Below are positions 8,792-19,789 of a DNA stretch of 64,000 nt, piece after piece. Each line of letters begins with the position of its first letter. Positions within the stretch are counted from its first letter, which is position 1. The position numbers and the translations under genes were made by a program. Under the pieces are notes generated by a model that worked only from the letters and a program-made list of their open reading frames with translations, ran no database searches and was not told where the DNA came from. Source of the stretch: an uncultured bacterium (lineage in GTDB: Bacteria; Auribacterota; Erginobacteria; Erginobacterales; Erginobacteraceae); the NCBI GenBank assembly GCA_963822585.1, contig CAWGIE010000026.1, positions 256,001 to 320,000 of the forward strand, in the 5' to 3' direction.

Positions 8792-10084
8792 ATGAAACAG
8801 ATTAACGTCGGCCTGATCGGGTGGGGAACCGTCGGAACGGGAGTGATCAAAATCCTCCGCAAGAACGCGTCCCTCATCTCCCGCCGCCTCGGGGGGTCCC
8901 AAATTCGCATTTCCCGGATTGCCGACCTTGACCTGAAAAGAAAACGGGGGATCTCGGTTCCGGCGAAGATCCTGACCGGGGATCCTTCCCGGATTATCGA
9001 GGATCCGTCTATTCAGGTTGTTGTCGAGTTGACGGGGAGCATCGATCCGGCTGAAAAACTGATCAGGAGAGCCCTCCGGAACGGCAAACGGGTGGTAACC
9101 GCTAATAAAGCCCTGTTGGCTGAGAAGGGGATGCGCCTTTTCCGGGAAGCGGACAAGGCGAACCGCCGGATTTATTATGAAGCGAGCGTCGGCGGGGGGA
9201 TCCCTATTATTAAAGTACTGAAAGAAGGGCTGGCGGCCAACCGAATCCTCTCCGTTCTGGGGATTATTAACGGAACGACAAACTATATCCTGTCCCGGAT
9301 GACGGAAGCGAAGATGGAACTATCCGCCGCCCTTGCCGAAGCCCGGAGAAACGGTTATGCCGAGCGAAACCCCGCGCTCGATCTGGAGGGGGTTGATTCG
9401 GCCCACAAACTGGTGCTTCTGGCTTCCCTGGCGTTTGGCGGATGGGTGAACCTGAAAAAGATATATGTTGAAGGGATCGATGCAATAACCGGTGAGGATA
9501 TCGCCTATACCGCCGGGTTGGGTTATACGATCAAGCTTCTGGCAATCGCCAAGCAGACTTCAGCCGGGGCCGATATCCGGGTTCATCCTACCCTGATAAA
9601 ACATCAGCATCTTCTGGCTTCGGTGAACGGGGTCTTTAACGCCATCTATGTCGAAGGCGACTTCAGCGATCGCCAGATATATCAGGGGAAAGGGGCCGGA
9701 GAGGGTCCGACCGCCAGCGCGGTGGTGGCGGATCTGATCGAGGCGGGGAGAGAGATCGTGTCCGGCTCCACTTTTGAGCAGGGCTTCCCGGCAACCGGTT
9801 CCGAACTCAAACTCGCCCCCATGGGAGAGGTCGAATGCCGGCATTACATCAGGATCCCGGCCGTTGATCGTCCGGGGGTGCTGGCCAAAATATCAAGTAT
9901 CCTGGGTTCGGGAGGCATCAGTATCGCTTCAGTCATTCAGCGGGAACGGAAGGAAAACGGCGTCGTCCCGATAATCCTGATGACCCATAAAGCGAGGGAG
10001 GAGGCGCTCGTGGGCGCCCTCGCCCGAATCAACCGCCTGGCAGCGGTCAGAGGACGCCCCCTCCGGATACGGGTGGAAAACTAA
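8792..10084 (+). CDS. hom: Homoserine dehydrogenase with C-terminal ACT domain
   Basis: GWGTVG, VVTANKA, YEASVGGGIP, GIINGTTNYIL, GAGEGPTASAV, ACT DRPGVLA. Confidence 0.95.
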   Translation: MKQINVGLIGWGTVGTGVIKILRKNASLISRRLGGSQIRISRIADLDLKRKRGISVPAKILTGDPSRIIEDPSIQVVVELTGSIDPAEKLIRRALRNGKRVVTANKALLAEKGMRLFREADKANRRIYYEASVGGGIPIIKVLKEGLAANRILSVLGIINGTTNYILSRMTEAKMELSAALAEARRNGYAERNPALDLEGVDSAHKLVLLASLAFGGWVNLKKIYVEGIDAITGEDIAYTAGLGYTIKLLAIAKQTSAGADIRVHPTLIKHQHLLASVNGVFNAIYVEGDFSDRQIYQGKGAGEGPTASAVVADLIEAGREIVSGSTFEQGFPATGSELKLAPMGEVECRHYIRIPAVDRPGVLAKISSILGSGGISIASVIQRERKENGVVPIILMTHKAREEALVGALARINRLAAVRGRPLRIRVEN

Positions 10085-10281
10085 GTGGCCCCATTCGCGA
10101 ATAAGGTTAGATCCGCGCGCCGGGTTCGCCACCTCTGCGCGGCCCCGGTTTCCCGCGTTCTTCGCCAGTCACCTGCCCCCGGAAGAATTCCTTGCCGTGA
10201 GCCGTCCACAGACCGGATCCCTGGCACCTTCAACTTTTTATCTATTTATCTATGAGAAGAACGACTGAGCAGGGTGTCTCC

Positions 10282-11481
10282 ATGAAATATGTGATCGTAC
10301 TGGGCGATGGGATGGCGGACTATTCCCTGGAGGAACTGAAGGGGAAGACACCGCTGGAAGCCGCGGTTACTCCCCACCTGGACCGGCTGGCCCGGGAGGG
10401 GGCAGGAGGAAGACTGAAGACGATCCCGTCCGGCCTCAGCCCCGGGAGCGACGTGGCGAATCTATCCATCCTGGGTTATAACCCGATACGGGAGTATACC
10501 GGGCGGGGACCGCTGGAGGCGGCCAGTCTGAAGATAGAACTGGAAGAAGATGACATCGCCTTCCGCTGCAATCTGATTACGGCGGCCGAAGGCATCCTGG
10601 TCGATTACAGCGCGGGGCACATCTCCACCCGCGAGGGTGCCGTTCTGATGGATTTGCTGGAGCAGCGCCTGGGGGGGCACGGGATACGTTTCTACCCCGG
10701 AAAAAGTTACCGCCATCTACTGATTGTCAAAGAACAACTCCTGGAAGACGGTCACGGATCTTTGAAAACAACTCCGCCGCACGATATTACCGGTCAGTTG
10801 CTGCAGCCGTCTCTCCCCCATGGGCGCGGCGCCCTTTTCCTCAACGATTTGATCACCCAGTCGAGGGTCCTCCTGACAAACCAAGAAGTCAATGAGATCC
10901 GGATCGACCTGGGAGAAAACCCGGCCAACATGATCTGGCCGTGGGGGGAAGGAAAACGCCCGCGTCTGGAACCATTCCGGGAAAAATTCGGACGAACCGG
11001 GGCGCTGATTTCCGCGGTCGACCTGCTGCGGGGATTAGCTCGTCTAATCGGGATGACCGTCATCGATGTCCCCGGGGCCACCGGATACTTTGACACGGAC
11101 TACCGGGGAAAAGGCCGGGCGGCCATCAACGCCCTGGAAGATCATGACCTGGTTTACCTCCATGTCGAGGCTCCCGATGAAGCAGGACATACCGGGAATA
11201 TCACCGAAAAAATAAAATCGATAGAAAGGATTGATGAGGATATCATTGCCCCTCTACTGGACGCCGCCCGGGACAACCCCTCTCTCCGGGTGGCGGTGCT
11301 TCCCGACCATGCCACTCCTATCTCGGTCAAGACGCACGTCGCCGATCCGGTCCCTTTTGCCGTCTGGGGGGAAGGAATCGAAGCCGACCGGATGACTTCC
11401 TTCAACGAAAAAGAAGCTCATCGCGGGCGGTTTCGTCAGCGGAGCGGACACCGGTTCATGCCGCTGCTTTTAAGCCTGTAA
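10282..11481 (+). CDS. apgM: Cofactor-independent phosphoglycerate mutase family protein (ApgM-like)
   Basis: GDGMAD, PGSDVANLS, HVEAPDEAGH and PDHATP motifs. Confidence 0.88.
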   Translation: MKYVIVLGDGMADYSLEELKGKTPLEAAVTPHLDRLAREGAGGRLKTIPSGLSPGSDVANLSILGYNPIREYTGRGPLEAASLKIELEEDDIAFRCNLITAAEGILVDYSAGHISTREGAVLMDLLEQRLGGHGIRFYPGKSYRHLLIVKEQLLEDGHGSLKTTPPHDITGQLLQPSLPHGRGALFLNDLITQSRVLLTNQEVNEIRIDLGENPANMIWPWGEGKRPRLEPFREKFGRTGALISAVDLLRGLARLIGMTVIDVPGATGYFDTDYRGKGRAAINALEDHDLVYLHVEAPDEAGHTGNITEKIKSIERIDEDIIAPLLDAARDNPSLRVAVLPDHATPISVKTHVADPVPFAVWGEGIEADRMTSFNEKEAHRGRFRQRSGHRFMPLLLSL

Positions 11482-11535
11482 ATTGAGGTTGGTTATAATT
11501 ATTTTCAACCTATAGAATTCCAGCAAATGGCACAA

Positions 11536-11628
11536 TGGAGTGATGGAATGTTGGGGTGGTGGAGTGATGGGAACCCCGGCCGCCTTCCGGGAGACCAGTG
11601 CTCCATTATTCCATCATTCCAATACTCC
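11536..11628. repeat. 8-nt-period inverted-repeat element
   Basis: tggagtgatggaatgttggggtggtggagtgatgg ... ctccattattccatcattccaatactcc. Confidence 0.72.
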
Positions 11629-11700
11629 TTTCTATTATATTTTTCGATTCCGTTAACAATGTGACTATTACATTGAGGGAAGACATTGGAGAAATATCTC

Positions 11701-12933
11701 ATGGATATCATTGTTCAGAAATATGGCGGTTCATCGGTTGCTGACAGTGACCGGATAAAAAACGTCGCCCGGCGGGTCGGCCGCTCGAAATCACCGGGGG
11801 GGGGATTGGTAGTGGTGGTATCAGCCATGGGTGATACCACGGACAATCTGATACGACTGGCTGAAGAAATAAATCCGGCCCCCTCCGAACGGGAGCTTGA
11901 TCAGTTACTATCCACCGGGGAGCAGATCTCAGCGGCGTTGCTGGCCATGGCGATTGAGCATGCCGGATACCGGGCAGTTTCCCTGACCGGAAACCAGGTG
12001 GGGATACTGACGGACGATAGCCACACGAAAGCCAGAATATTCAAAATCGATCCCGAGAAAATAAGCGAGCTGCTGGCCGAAGATGCCATCGTGGTCGTGG
12101 CCGGTTTTCAGGGGATCAACGTCAAGCAGGATGTCACTACCCTGGGACGGGGGGGTTCAGATACAACCGCGGTGGCGCTGGCGGCCGTATTAAAAGCGAA
12201 AAGCTGCGAGATATACACCGACGTCGACGGCGTTTATACCGCCGATCCGCGGGTTGTTCCGGAAGCGGTCAAAATAGACCGGATCAGTTATGACGAGATG
12301 CTGGAGCTGGCCAGTCTGGGAGCGAAAGTAATTCAGAACAGGGCCGTGGAGTTCGCCAAGAAATTCAATGTCACCCTGCATGTCCGTTCAAGTTTTACCG
12401 AAGAAGAAGGAACGTATGTCATCCAGGAGGTAGATACCATGTCGATGGAGAAGGTCGTCATCCGGGGAGTAACTCTTAACCAGGAGGAAGCCAAATTAAC
12501 GATAACCATGGTTCCGGATACCCCCGGAATAGCCGCCCGAATATTTAAGACCATCGCCGCGGCCAATATCAATGTCGACATGATTATACAGAACGTCAGT
12601 GAGCAGGGATTCACCGACGTCTCCTTCACCGTTCCCCGTCCGGAACTGGCCAAGGCCCGAAAACTGCTGGAATCAATTTCCAGTGAGATTAAGGCCGGGG
12701 GTGTATCCACGGAAGAGGAAATTGCCAAGGTCTCCATCGTCGGAGTGGGGATGAAGAGCCATCCCGGCGTTGCCGCCACCATGTTCGAAGCGCTGGCCGA
12801 GGAGGGGATCAACATCATGATGATCAGCACCTCGGAGATCAAGATTTCCTGCGTGGTGCAGTCGGAAGACGGCGGAAAAGCGGCCCGGGCGCTCCATAAG
12901 GCGTTTGGCCTTGCCGGAGATCAGGTAGGATAG
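11701..12933 (+). CDS. lysC: Aspartate kinase
   Basis: [38 protein letters not shown], two ACT domains. Confidence 0.96.
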   Translation: MDIIVQKYGGSSVADSDRIKNVARRVGRSKSPGGGLVVVVSAMGDTTDNLIRLAEEINPAPSERELDQLLSTGEQISAALLAMAIEHAGYRAVSLTGNQVGILTDDSHTKARIFKIDPEKISELLAEDAIVVVAGFQGINVKQDVTTLGRGGSDTTAVALAAVLKAKSCEIYTDVDGVYTADPRVVPEAVKIDRISYDEMLELASLGAKVIQNRAVEFAKKFNVTLHVRSSFTEEEGTYVIQEVDTMSMEKVVIRGVTLNQEEAKLTITMVPDTPGIAARIFKTIAAANINVDMIIQNVSEQGFTDVSFTVPRPELAKARKLLESISSEIKAGGVSTEEEIAKVSIVGVGMKSHPGVAATMFEALAEEGINIMMISTSEIKISCVVQSEDGGKAARALHKAFGLAGDQVG

Positions 12934-12997
12934 AACCAGTGCTATATGATATTAAGTAACCCGATATAACTCAAATTCCAAATAACAAATCCCACAT

Positions 12998-14313
12998 CAG
13001 TAGTGTCCCAACGTTTACATCGTTAAATTTTGCAAGATGCTATTATATAGAAAGTTACATAGTAATATGTCTGTTTCCGACTTCAAAGCGAGTGTACGCT
13101 TGAACCCTTCAAATCATAAGGAGGGCAAGCATGTACACCGGACCGACGATCTTCTCCCAGTTGATGCAGCATCTTCCCTGGTATCGTTTTCACTCCATTG
13201 TTCAACGCTACCGAGGCGATCACAAAGTCAAAACTTTCCGTTGCACCGATCATTACCGCGTCATGGCATTCGCCCAATTAACTTATCGCGAGAGCCTGCG
13301 CGATATCGAAGCTTGCCTGCGAGCTATGCGTTCCAAGTTATTCCACATGGGCATCCGCTCGACTGTCTCTCGCAACAATCTGTCCCATGCCAACGAAAAG
13401 CGCGACTGGCGAATATATGCCGAGTTCGCTCAAATTCTCATAACCCAAGCCCGCAGCCTCTATGCCGACGAAGACCTTGGAATAGATCTGGACGCCACAG
13501 TCTACGCCCTGGATTCCACGACGATCGATCTCTGTTTATCTATGTTCCCGTGGGCTCGATTCCGCCAAACCAAAGGAGCAATCAAGTTACATACTCTGCT
13601 CAACCTTCGCGGCGCAATTCCCGAATTTGTGCTGATTTCCGACGGGAAACTACACGATCTCAACGTTCTCGACTATCTGATTCCATTGCCCGGCGCATAT
13701 TATGTCATGGATCGCGGTTACCTGGATTTCGGAAGGCTTTATCAACTTCATACCACCAAAGCATTCTTCGTGACCCGTGCCAAAACCAACTTCAAATTTC
13801 GCCGGCGATATTCACATCCAGTGGACAAAACAACCGGGCTGATCTGCGATCAGACCATTCTGCTTACCACCTTCTATTCGGCAAAGGCTTATCCCGAGCC
13901 AATACGACGCATCAAGTTCTTCGACAGAAATACCGATTTGCTGCTGGTCTTTCTGACCAACGATTTCCATTCTTCCGCTCTTACGATAGCTCAACTTTTC
14001 CGGCTTCGCTGGCAAATCGAACTGTTCTTCAAATGGATCAAGAACCATCTCCGCATCAAGGCTTTTTACGGGACAAGCCCCAATGCAGTGAAAACACAAA
14101 TCTGGATCGCCATCAGCACTTACCTGCTCATAGCGATTATCCGCAAACGCCTTCAAATCGAACTTCCGCTCTACACAATTCTACAGATTTTGAGTGTATC
14201 TCTTTTCGAAAAAGCTCCTCTGTTAGAGACGCTTACAGATCTTGACTACATTCAGAAAGATAGCAACTTATGTAACCAGTTGATGTTATTTGACTAACGT
14301 TGGGACACTACTG
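12998..14313 (+). mobile_element. Complete IS4-family insertion sequence (1316 bp)
   Basis: Perfect 18-bp TIRs cagtagtgtcccaacgtt (12998-13015) and aacgttgggacactactg (14296-14313); 9-bp target duplication atcccacat at 12989-12997 and 14314-14322. Confidence 0.95.
13131..14297 (+). CDS. IS4-family DDE transposase (DUF4372-like N-terminus)
   Basis: ALDSTTIDL, VMDRGY and RWQIELFFKWIK motifs; stop codon overlaps the right TIR. Confidence 0.95.
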   Translation: MYTGPTIFSQLMQHLPWYRFHSIVQRYRGDHKVKTFRCTDHYRVMAFAQLTYRESLRDIEACLRAMRSKLFHMGIRSTVSRNNLSHANEKRDWRIYAEFAQILITQARSLYADEDLGIDLDATVYALDSTTIDLCLSMFPWARFRQTKGAIKLHTLLNLRGAIPEFVLISDGKLHDLNVLDYLIPLPGAYYVMDRGYLDFGRLYQLHTTKAFFVTRAKTNFKFRRRYSHPVDKTTGLICDQTILLTTFYSAKAYPEPIRRIKFFDRNTDLLLVFLTNDFHSSALTIAQLFRLRWQIELFFKWIKNHLRIKAFYGTSPNAVKTQIWIAISTYLLIAIIRKRLQIELPLYTILQILSVSLFEKAPLLETLTDLDYIQKDSNLCNQLMLFD

Positions 14314-14401
14314 ATCCCACATATCAAACAAATCACACATTCCAAACTCGAAAATGAGATACATTTTTCGAAGAGGATCAGGATAGAAAGGGAGCGGGAC
14401 A

Positions 14402-15997
14402 ATGACGACTAAACAGAAAATCCTCCTGTATGATACTACTTTGCGCGACGGCGGACAGGCGGAAGGGGTCAGCTTCTCCCTCCCCGATAAGCTGAGAATC
14501 GCCTCCCGTCTCGACGCTCTCGGTATCCAGTACATCGAAGGAGGCTGGCCCGGCTCGAACCCGAAGGATATGGCCTTCTTCCGGGAAATCCGGCGCTGCC
14601 CGCTGAAGCAGGCCCGGATCGTCGCCTTCGGCAGTACCCGTCGGGGGGGATTGAGAGTGGAGAAGGACGAGAATGTCGCCGCTCTGCTGGCTGCCCGCAC
14701 GCCATCAATCGCCGTTTTCGGTAAAAGCTGGCTTCTTCATGTCACCGACGTTCTGCGGGTCTCTCCGGAGACCAACATCATCATGATCCGCGAGACCGTC
14801 TCCTACCTGAAGTCGAAGGGCAGGGAGATTATTTATGACGCCGAACACTTCTTCGACGGCTACCGGGATGATCCCCGCTACGCGGAAGCCACCCTCCGGG
14901 CGGCGGCGGACGCCGGGGCGGATTTCCTGGTTCTCTGCGATACGAATGGGGGATGCCTCCCCGAAGATATTTACTCCATTACGAAGGAAATCTCCCGGCA
15001 ACTCCCCCCGGCGCTGGGGATCCATGCCCACAATGATGGGGGCCTGGGGGTAGCCAATTCCCTGGCGGCGGTCCGCGCCGGCGCCGTTATGGTCCAGGGA
15101 ACGATTAACGGCTACGGGGAGCGAACGGGGAACGCCAACCTCTGCACGATTGTACCCAACCTGGTTTTGAAAATGAAGCGTCCTGCGCTCAGCCGGCGCC
15201 AGCTGAAAAAGCTCGGGGAAGTCTCGCGGTTTGTGGACGAGATGGCCAATATCACCCCGGACACCCGGGCTCCCTTCATCGGGGCCAGCGCTTTCGCCCA
15301 CAAAGGGGGCATGCACGTGGACGCGGTCCGGAAAAACCCGAAAACGTTCGAACACATCGACCCTTCTTCCGTCGGCAACCGGAGGCGGATCCTGGTCTCG
15401 GAGCTTTCGGGGAAGAGCAACGTGGTGCTGAAAGCCGTCGAGTTCGGTGTTGACCTGGGGAAAGAAACACCGGAGACCCGGCGGATACTGGAGGAAGTTA
15501 AACGCCTGGGAGAACAGGGATACGAATTCGAAGGGGCCGACGCCTCCTTCCGGATTCTGATCCAGAAAGCGCTTCACAAGCACAAGACTTTTTTTGAGCT
15601 GGAAGGCTTCCGGGTAATCGTTGAAAAACGAAAAGACGAACCGTCTGTCTCGGAGGCCACTATCAAAATCAAGGTCGGGGGTGTCAGCGAACTGTCCGCC
15701 GGGGAAGGGGATGGTCCCGTGAATGCTCTCGACAACGCCCTCAGGAAAGTTCTCCGGCGATTCTATCCTCAGATCAATGAGGTCCACCTGGCCGATTTCA
15801 AGGTCAGGGACCTGGACGCGGCGGCGGGGACGGCCGCCAAGGTGCGGGTATTGATCCAGTCCCGGGATAAAGAGGGGATCTGGGGGACGGTCGGGGTCTC
15901 CGAAAATGTCATCGAGGCCAGCTGGCAGGCACTGGTGGATAGTGTCGATTATAAGCTTTTAAAAGATAGAAGCAAAATGACGAAAACCAAAAAATGA
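14402..15997 (+). CDS. cimA: Citramalate synthase (LeuA/CimA family)
   Basis: [59 protein letters not shown]. Confidence 0.9.
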   Translation: MTTKQKILLYDTTLRDGGQAEGVSFSLPDKLRIASRLDALGIQYIEGGWPGSNPKDMAFFREIRRCPLKQARIVAFGSTRRGGLRVEKDENVAALLAARTPSIAVFGKSWLLHVTDVLRVSPETNIIMIRETVSYLKSKGREIIYDAEHFFDGYRDDPRYAEATLRAAADAGADFLVLCDTNGGCLPEDIYSITKEISRQLPPALGIHAHNDGGLGVANSLAAVRAGAVMVQGTINGYGERTGNANLCTIVPNLVLKMKRPALSRRQLKKLGEVSRFVDEMANITPDTRAPFIGASAFAHKGGMHVDAVRKNPKTFEHIDPSSVGNRRRILVSELSGKSNVVLKAVEFGVDLGKETPETRRILEEVKRLGEQGYEFEGADASFRILIQKALHKHKTFFELEGFRVIVEKRKDEPSVSEATIKIKVGGVSELSAGEGDGPVNALDNALRKVLRRFYPQINEVHLADFKVRDLDAAAGTAAKVRVLIQSRDKEGIWGTVGVSENVIEASWQALVDSVDYKLLKDRSKMTKTKK

Positions 15998-16023
15998 CGA
16001 AACCCGAACGCCGAACGAAAAAA

Positions 16024-16088
16024 CAGTAATCGGTAATCAGTGATCAGTAATCAGTTTACCTGTTACCGATTACCGATTACCGATTACC
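16024..16088. repeat. 7-nt-period inverted-repeat element
   Basis: cagtaatcggtaatcagtgatcagtaatcag followed by complementary ttaccgattaccgattaccgattacc. Confidence 0.75.
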
Positions 16089-16134
16089 CCCCCGAAATCG
16101 CGACCCGGCAACCCGGTCTTTTCAGGAATAAATC

Positions 16135-18780
16135 ATGATCGAAGAAAGAAATAACAACCTGACCTGGCCGTCCCGTTATGATCCGAAACAGGTTGAGAGT
16201 TCGATCTACCGGCTCTGGCAGGAGCATGACTGTTTCACGGCTTCTCCCGCCGGCCCCGACCCCTACGTCATCGTTATCCCGCCTCCCAATATCACGGGAA
16301 TTCTGACGATGGGACATGTCCTGAACAACACCCTCCAGGATATCCTGATCCGCTGGCAGAGAATGGGGGGACGGGAGACGCTCTGGCTGCCCGGCACCGA
16401 TCACGCGGGGATCGCCACCCAGAATGTGGTAGAGAAAAAATTAGCCGAAGAAGGCCTGACCCGTGAAGAACTGGGCCGGGAAAAATTCGTCCAGCGTGTC
16501 TGGGACTGGAAAGAGCAATATGGGGGGACCATTATTCGGCAGCTGAAGAAACTAGGGTGCTCTTGCGACTGGACACGAGAGCGTTTCACCCTCGATTCCG
16601 GTCTTTCCCGGGCGGTGAGAGAGGTCTTTATCGACCTTTACCGGAAAGGCCTTATCTACCGGGGCCCTTACCTGATCAACTGGTGCCCGCGCTGCCATAC
16701 AGCCCTCTCCGATGAAGAGGTCGAACACCAGGAGAAAAAAGGCTCTCTCTGGTACATCCGTTATCCTCTCAAGGCCGGGGGTTGGATCCCGGTCGCGACC
16801 ACGAGGCCGGAAACCATGCTCGGCGATACCGCGGTGGCGGTTCATCCCGATGACAGCCGGTTTCGTCACTTGATCGGGAAAAAAGTCCTGCTTCCCTTCG
16901 TTCAGCGCGAGATCCCGGTTATCGCCGATGAATTTGTCGATCCGCGTTTCGGGACCGGGGCGGTCAAAGTCACCCCGGCCCATGACCCCAACGATTTCAT
17001 GCTCGGGCGTCGTCACGGTCTTCCCGAGATAGTCATCATGGATACCGCGGCCAGGATGAACGAAAAGGCGGGAGATGATTTCAAGGGGATGGACCGGTTT
17101 GCATGCCGCGAAAAACTGGTGAAGCTGCTGGGAGAGCGAAATCTGCTGGAGAAAGTCGAGCCTCACCTCCATTCCGTCGGCGAATGTTACCGCTGCCAAA
17201 CCGTCATCGAGCCCTATCTTTCCGTCCAGTGGTTTGTGCGCATGAAGCCTCTGGCCGAACCCGCTCTCCGAGCGGTCCGGGAAGGCGCCGTGACTTTTTA
17301 TCCCCAGCGCTGGGTGAAAGTGTATGAGCACTGGATGGAGAATATCCGTGATTGGTGCATCAGCCGGCAATTATGGTGGGGGCACCGGATTCCGGCCTGG
17401 TACCGCGGCGAAGAGATTTACGTCGGGGAAACTCCTCCCGGAGGAGAAGGGTGGACGCAGGACGAAGATGTTCTCGATACCTGGTTTTCCTCCTGGCTCT
17501 GGCCCTTCTCCACGCTCGGCTGGCCCGATCAGACCCCCGACCTGGAGGCGTTTTATCCCACCTCCGATCTGGTCACGGGCCCGGATATCATTTTCTTCTG
17601 GGTGGCCCGGATGATAATGGCGGGACTGGAATTCAGGGGCGAGGTTCCTTTCCGCCAGGTGTACTTCACCGGAATTATCCGGGATATGGAAGGGCGGAAG
17701 ATGAGCAAATCCCTGGGAAACTCCCCGGATCCGCTGGACGTGATCGAGGAGTACGGCGCCGACGCCCTCCGTTTCACGATCGCCCGCCTCTCTCCGATCG
17801 GCCAGGATGTTCATTACTCCAACCCCCTTTGCGAACTGGGGAGAAATTTCGCCAATAAGATATGGAACGCATCGCGATTCGCGGCGGCTCAGATGCAGGG
17901 CGGGGATCTCGCCGATCCTCGCCGGAGTCGGGCCCTTCTCTCCCTGGATGACCGCTCTATACTCGACCAGCTGCAGAGGACCATCGAAATCTGCCAGGAC
18001 TCTCTGGCCTCTTTTCATTTTAATGACGCCGCCCTCGGGCTCTATGATTTTTTCTGGCATCATTTCTGCGACCGTTACCTGGAAAGCGCCAAGTTCTATC
18101 TCCAGGCTGAAGACGAGGCCCGAAAGGCGGTTGTCCGGGGGGTACTCTCCGAAGTCCTCACCACGTCACTGAGACTGCTTCACCCTTTCATGCCGTTTAT
18201 AACCGAGGAAATCTGGCAGATCCTCCGGCAGGGATCGATCCTGATCCGGGCAGCCTGGCCGCGGCCGGATCAGGAACTATTCTTTCCGGACGCGCGGGAA
18301 CCGGCCGCTCTCAAATACGAGATCATCAGCGCGGCCCGCAATCTGAGGAAAGAATACGGTCTCTCCCCGGCCCTCAAGGTCAATGTTTTTATCAAGCCCT
18401 CGGAAAAAACAACGGCCGAGATCCTGGCCCGGGAAGCGGAAAGCATGGGCATTTTGATTAAAAACTGTCTGGTAACGGTTGACGCCGGCTACCGGCCGCC
18501 GGGGATCGTTCCCTCGACCATCGTTCCCGGATGTGAAATTTACATGCCTCTCCGGGGTATTATCGATTTCGACGCGGAACGGGAGCGGTTCGCGAAGAAA
18601 CTGGAGAAGGCCGAGGGAGCATTGCATAAAATACGGGGGAGGCTGAGCAATCCGGATTTCATCTCCCGGGCGCCGGACGAGATCAGGAAGAAGAACGAGG
18701 AGCAACTGGAGGAACTGACCCGGGAAATCGAGACAGTGCGGAAGATACTCTCCACTCTTATTTCTCCTGCGGAGAAATAA
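16135..18780 (+). CDS. valS: Valine--tRNA ligase
   Basis: PPNITG-TMGH, DWCISRQLWWGH, DVLDTWFSS, KMSKS, C-terminal coiled coil. Confidence 0.97.
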   Translation: MIEERNNNLTWPSRYDPKQVESSIYRLWQEHDCFTASPAGPDPYVIVIPPPNITGILTMGHVLNNTLQDILIRWQRMGGRETLWLPGTDHAGIATQNVVEKKLAEEGLTREELGREKFVQRVWDWKEQYGGTIIRQLKKLGCSCDWTRERFTLDSGLSRAVREVFIDLYRKGLIYRGPYLINWCPRCHTALSDEEVEHQEKKGSLWYIRYPLKAGGWIPVATTRPETMLGDTAVAVHPDDSRFRHLIGKKVLLPFVQREIPVIADEFVDPRFGTGAVKVTPAHDPNDFMLGRRHGLPEIVIMDTAARMNEKAGDDFKGMDRFACREKLVKLLGERNLLEKVEPHLHSVGECYRCQTVIEPYLSVQWFVRMKPLAEPALRAVREGAVTFYPQRWVKVYEHWMENIRDWCISRQLWWGHRIPAWYRGEEIYVGETPPGGEGWTQDEDVLDTWFSSWLWPFSTLGWPDQTPDLEAFYPTSDLVTGPDIIFFWVARMIMAGLEFRGEVPFRQVYFTGIIRDMEGRKMSKSLGNSPDPLDVIEEYGADALRFTIARLSPIGQDVHYSNPLCELGRNFANKIWNASRFAAAQMQGGDLADPRRSRALLSLDDRSILDQLQRTIEICQDSLASFHFNDAALGLYDFFWHHFCDRYLESAKFYLQAEDEARKAVVRGVLSEVLTTSLRLLHPFMPFITEEIWQILRQGSILIRAAWPRPDQELFFPDAREPAALKYEIISAARNLRKEYGLSPALKVNVFIKPSEKTTAEILAREAESMGILIKNCLVTVDAGYRPPGIVPSTIVPGCEIYMPLRGIIDFDAERERFAKKLEKAEGALHKIRGRLSNPDFISRAPDEIRKKNEEQLEELTREIETVRKILSTLISPAEK

Positions 18781-18946
18781 AAAGGAAAATATTCATAACA
18801 CGCACCTGATATGTTATATGTCGGCAGTGGGAATAAATACTTTTTATGACAACGCTTTGAGGATGCTCCTGTTGTTTAAACAATAGACCCCGATTGGAAC
18901 AATCGGGGTCCACTATTAAGAAGCGCCGAAGGCGCTTATTAATAAA

Positions 18947-19789
18947 ATGAATTTCGAAAATTTTCGGATCCTGGTCCAACAAGCTCTGGCTGAAGATATC
19001 GGGGCCGGTGATATTACCACCACGGCCCTGATACCCGCCGACGCGCGTGTCCATGCTCTCATTATCGCCCGGCAGAAACTGGTTGTGGCCGGGCTCCCTC
19101 TGGCCGAGATGGTCTTCACTGAACTCGATCCGACGCTCATCATTCACAGAGAAACCGGCGAGGGAGATACCGTGGAGGACGGCACTATCCTGATGCATGT
19201 TGAAGGAAGAGCGCGGCCGATTTTGACCGGAGAGAGAACCGCTCTTAATTTTCTCCAGCATCTTTGCGGGATCGCCACCTATACGGCCCGTTTCGTCTCC
19301 GCGGTCAAAGAACGGCAGACCGTGATTCTTGATACGCGGAAAACAATCCCCGGTTTCCGCAAGCTCCAGAAATACGCGGTTCAGATGGGAGGGGGCAGGA
19401 ATCACCGCTTCGGACTCTATGATTCCATTCTCATCAAGGATAATCACCTGGCAGTGGTTGCCGGCGGCGGCGAAGGAAGGATCAGTCGAGCCGCCAGATT
19501 AAGCCGGGATGCTTTTCCCCGTCACGAAGTCGAGATTGAAGTGGAGACCATGGAGGAGGTGCGGGAGGCACTGGATGCCGGGGCGGAAGCGATCCTGCTC
19601 GATAATTTTTCCCCGGAAGAGCTCTCGGAGGCGGTGGAACTGGCCCGCGGGAAGGCGCGGCTGGAAGCGTCGGGAGGGATTGATCTGCAGTCAATTTCCG
19701 CCGTGGCGGCATCGGGGATAGACAGTATCTCGCTGGGATGCCTTACCCATTCCGCCCCGGGCGCCGATATCGCCCTCGACCTGGAATGA
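18947..19789 (+). CDS. nadC: Nicotinate-nucleotide diphosphorylase (carboxylating)
   Basis: ERTALNFLQ, DTRKTIPG, HRFGLYD-ILIKDNH, EIEVE, LLDN, EASGGI. Confidence 0.96.
   Translation: MNFENFRILVQQALAEDIGAGDITTTALIPADARVHALIIARQKLVVAGLPLAEMVFTELDPTLIIHRETGEGDTVEDGTILMHVEGRARPILTGERTALNFLQHLCGIATYTARFVSAVKERQTVILDTRKTIPGFRKLQKYAVQMGGGRNHRFGLYDSILIKDNHLAVVAGGGEGRISRAARLSRDAFPRHEVEIEVETMEEVREALDAGAEAILLDNFSPEELSEAVELARGKARLEASGGIDLQSISAVAASGIDSISLGCLTHSAPGADIALDLE

Noticed and set aside
14705..15787. 360-aa antisense ORF
   Set aside because: Shadow of cimA.
18790..18946. NAD-type riboswitch upstream of nadC
   Set aside because: Two hairpins are present (18886-18910, 18914-18944), but one is the dispersed gcgcc-gaa-ggcgc repeat and no aptamer consensus was recognised.
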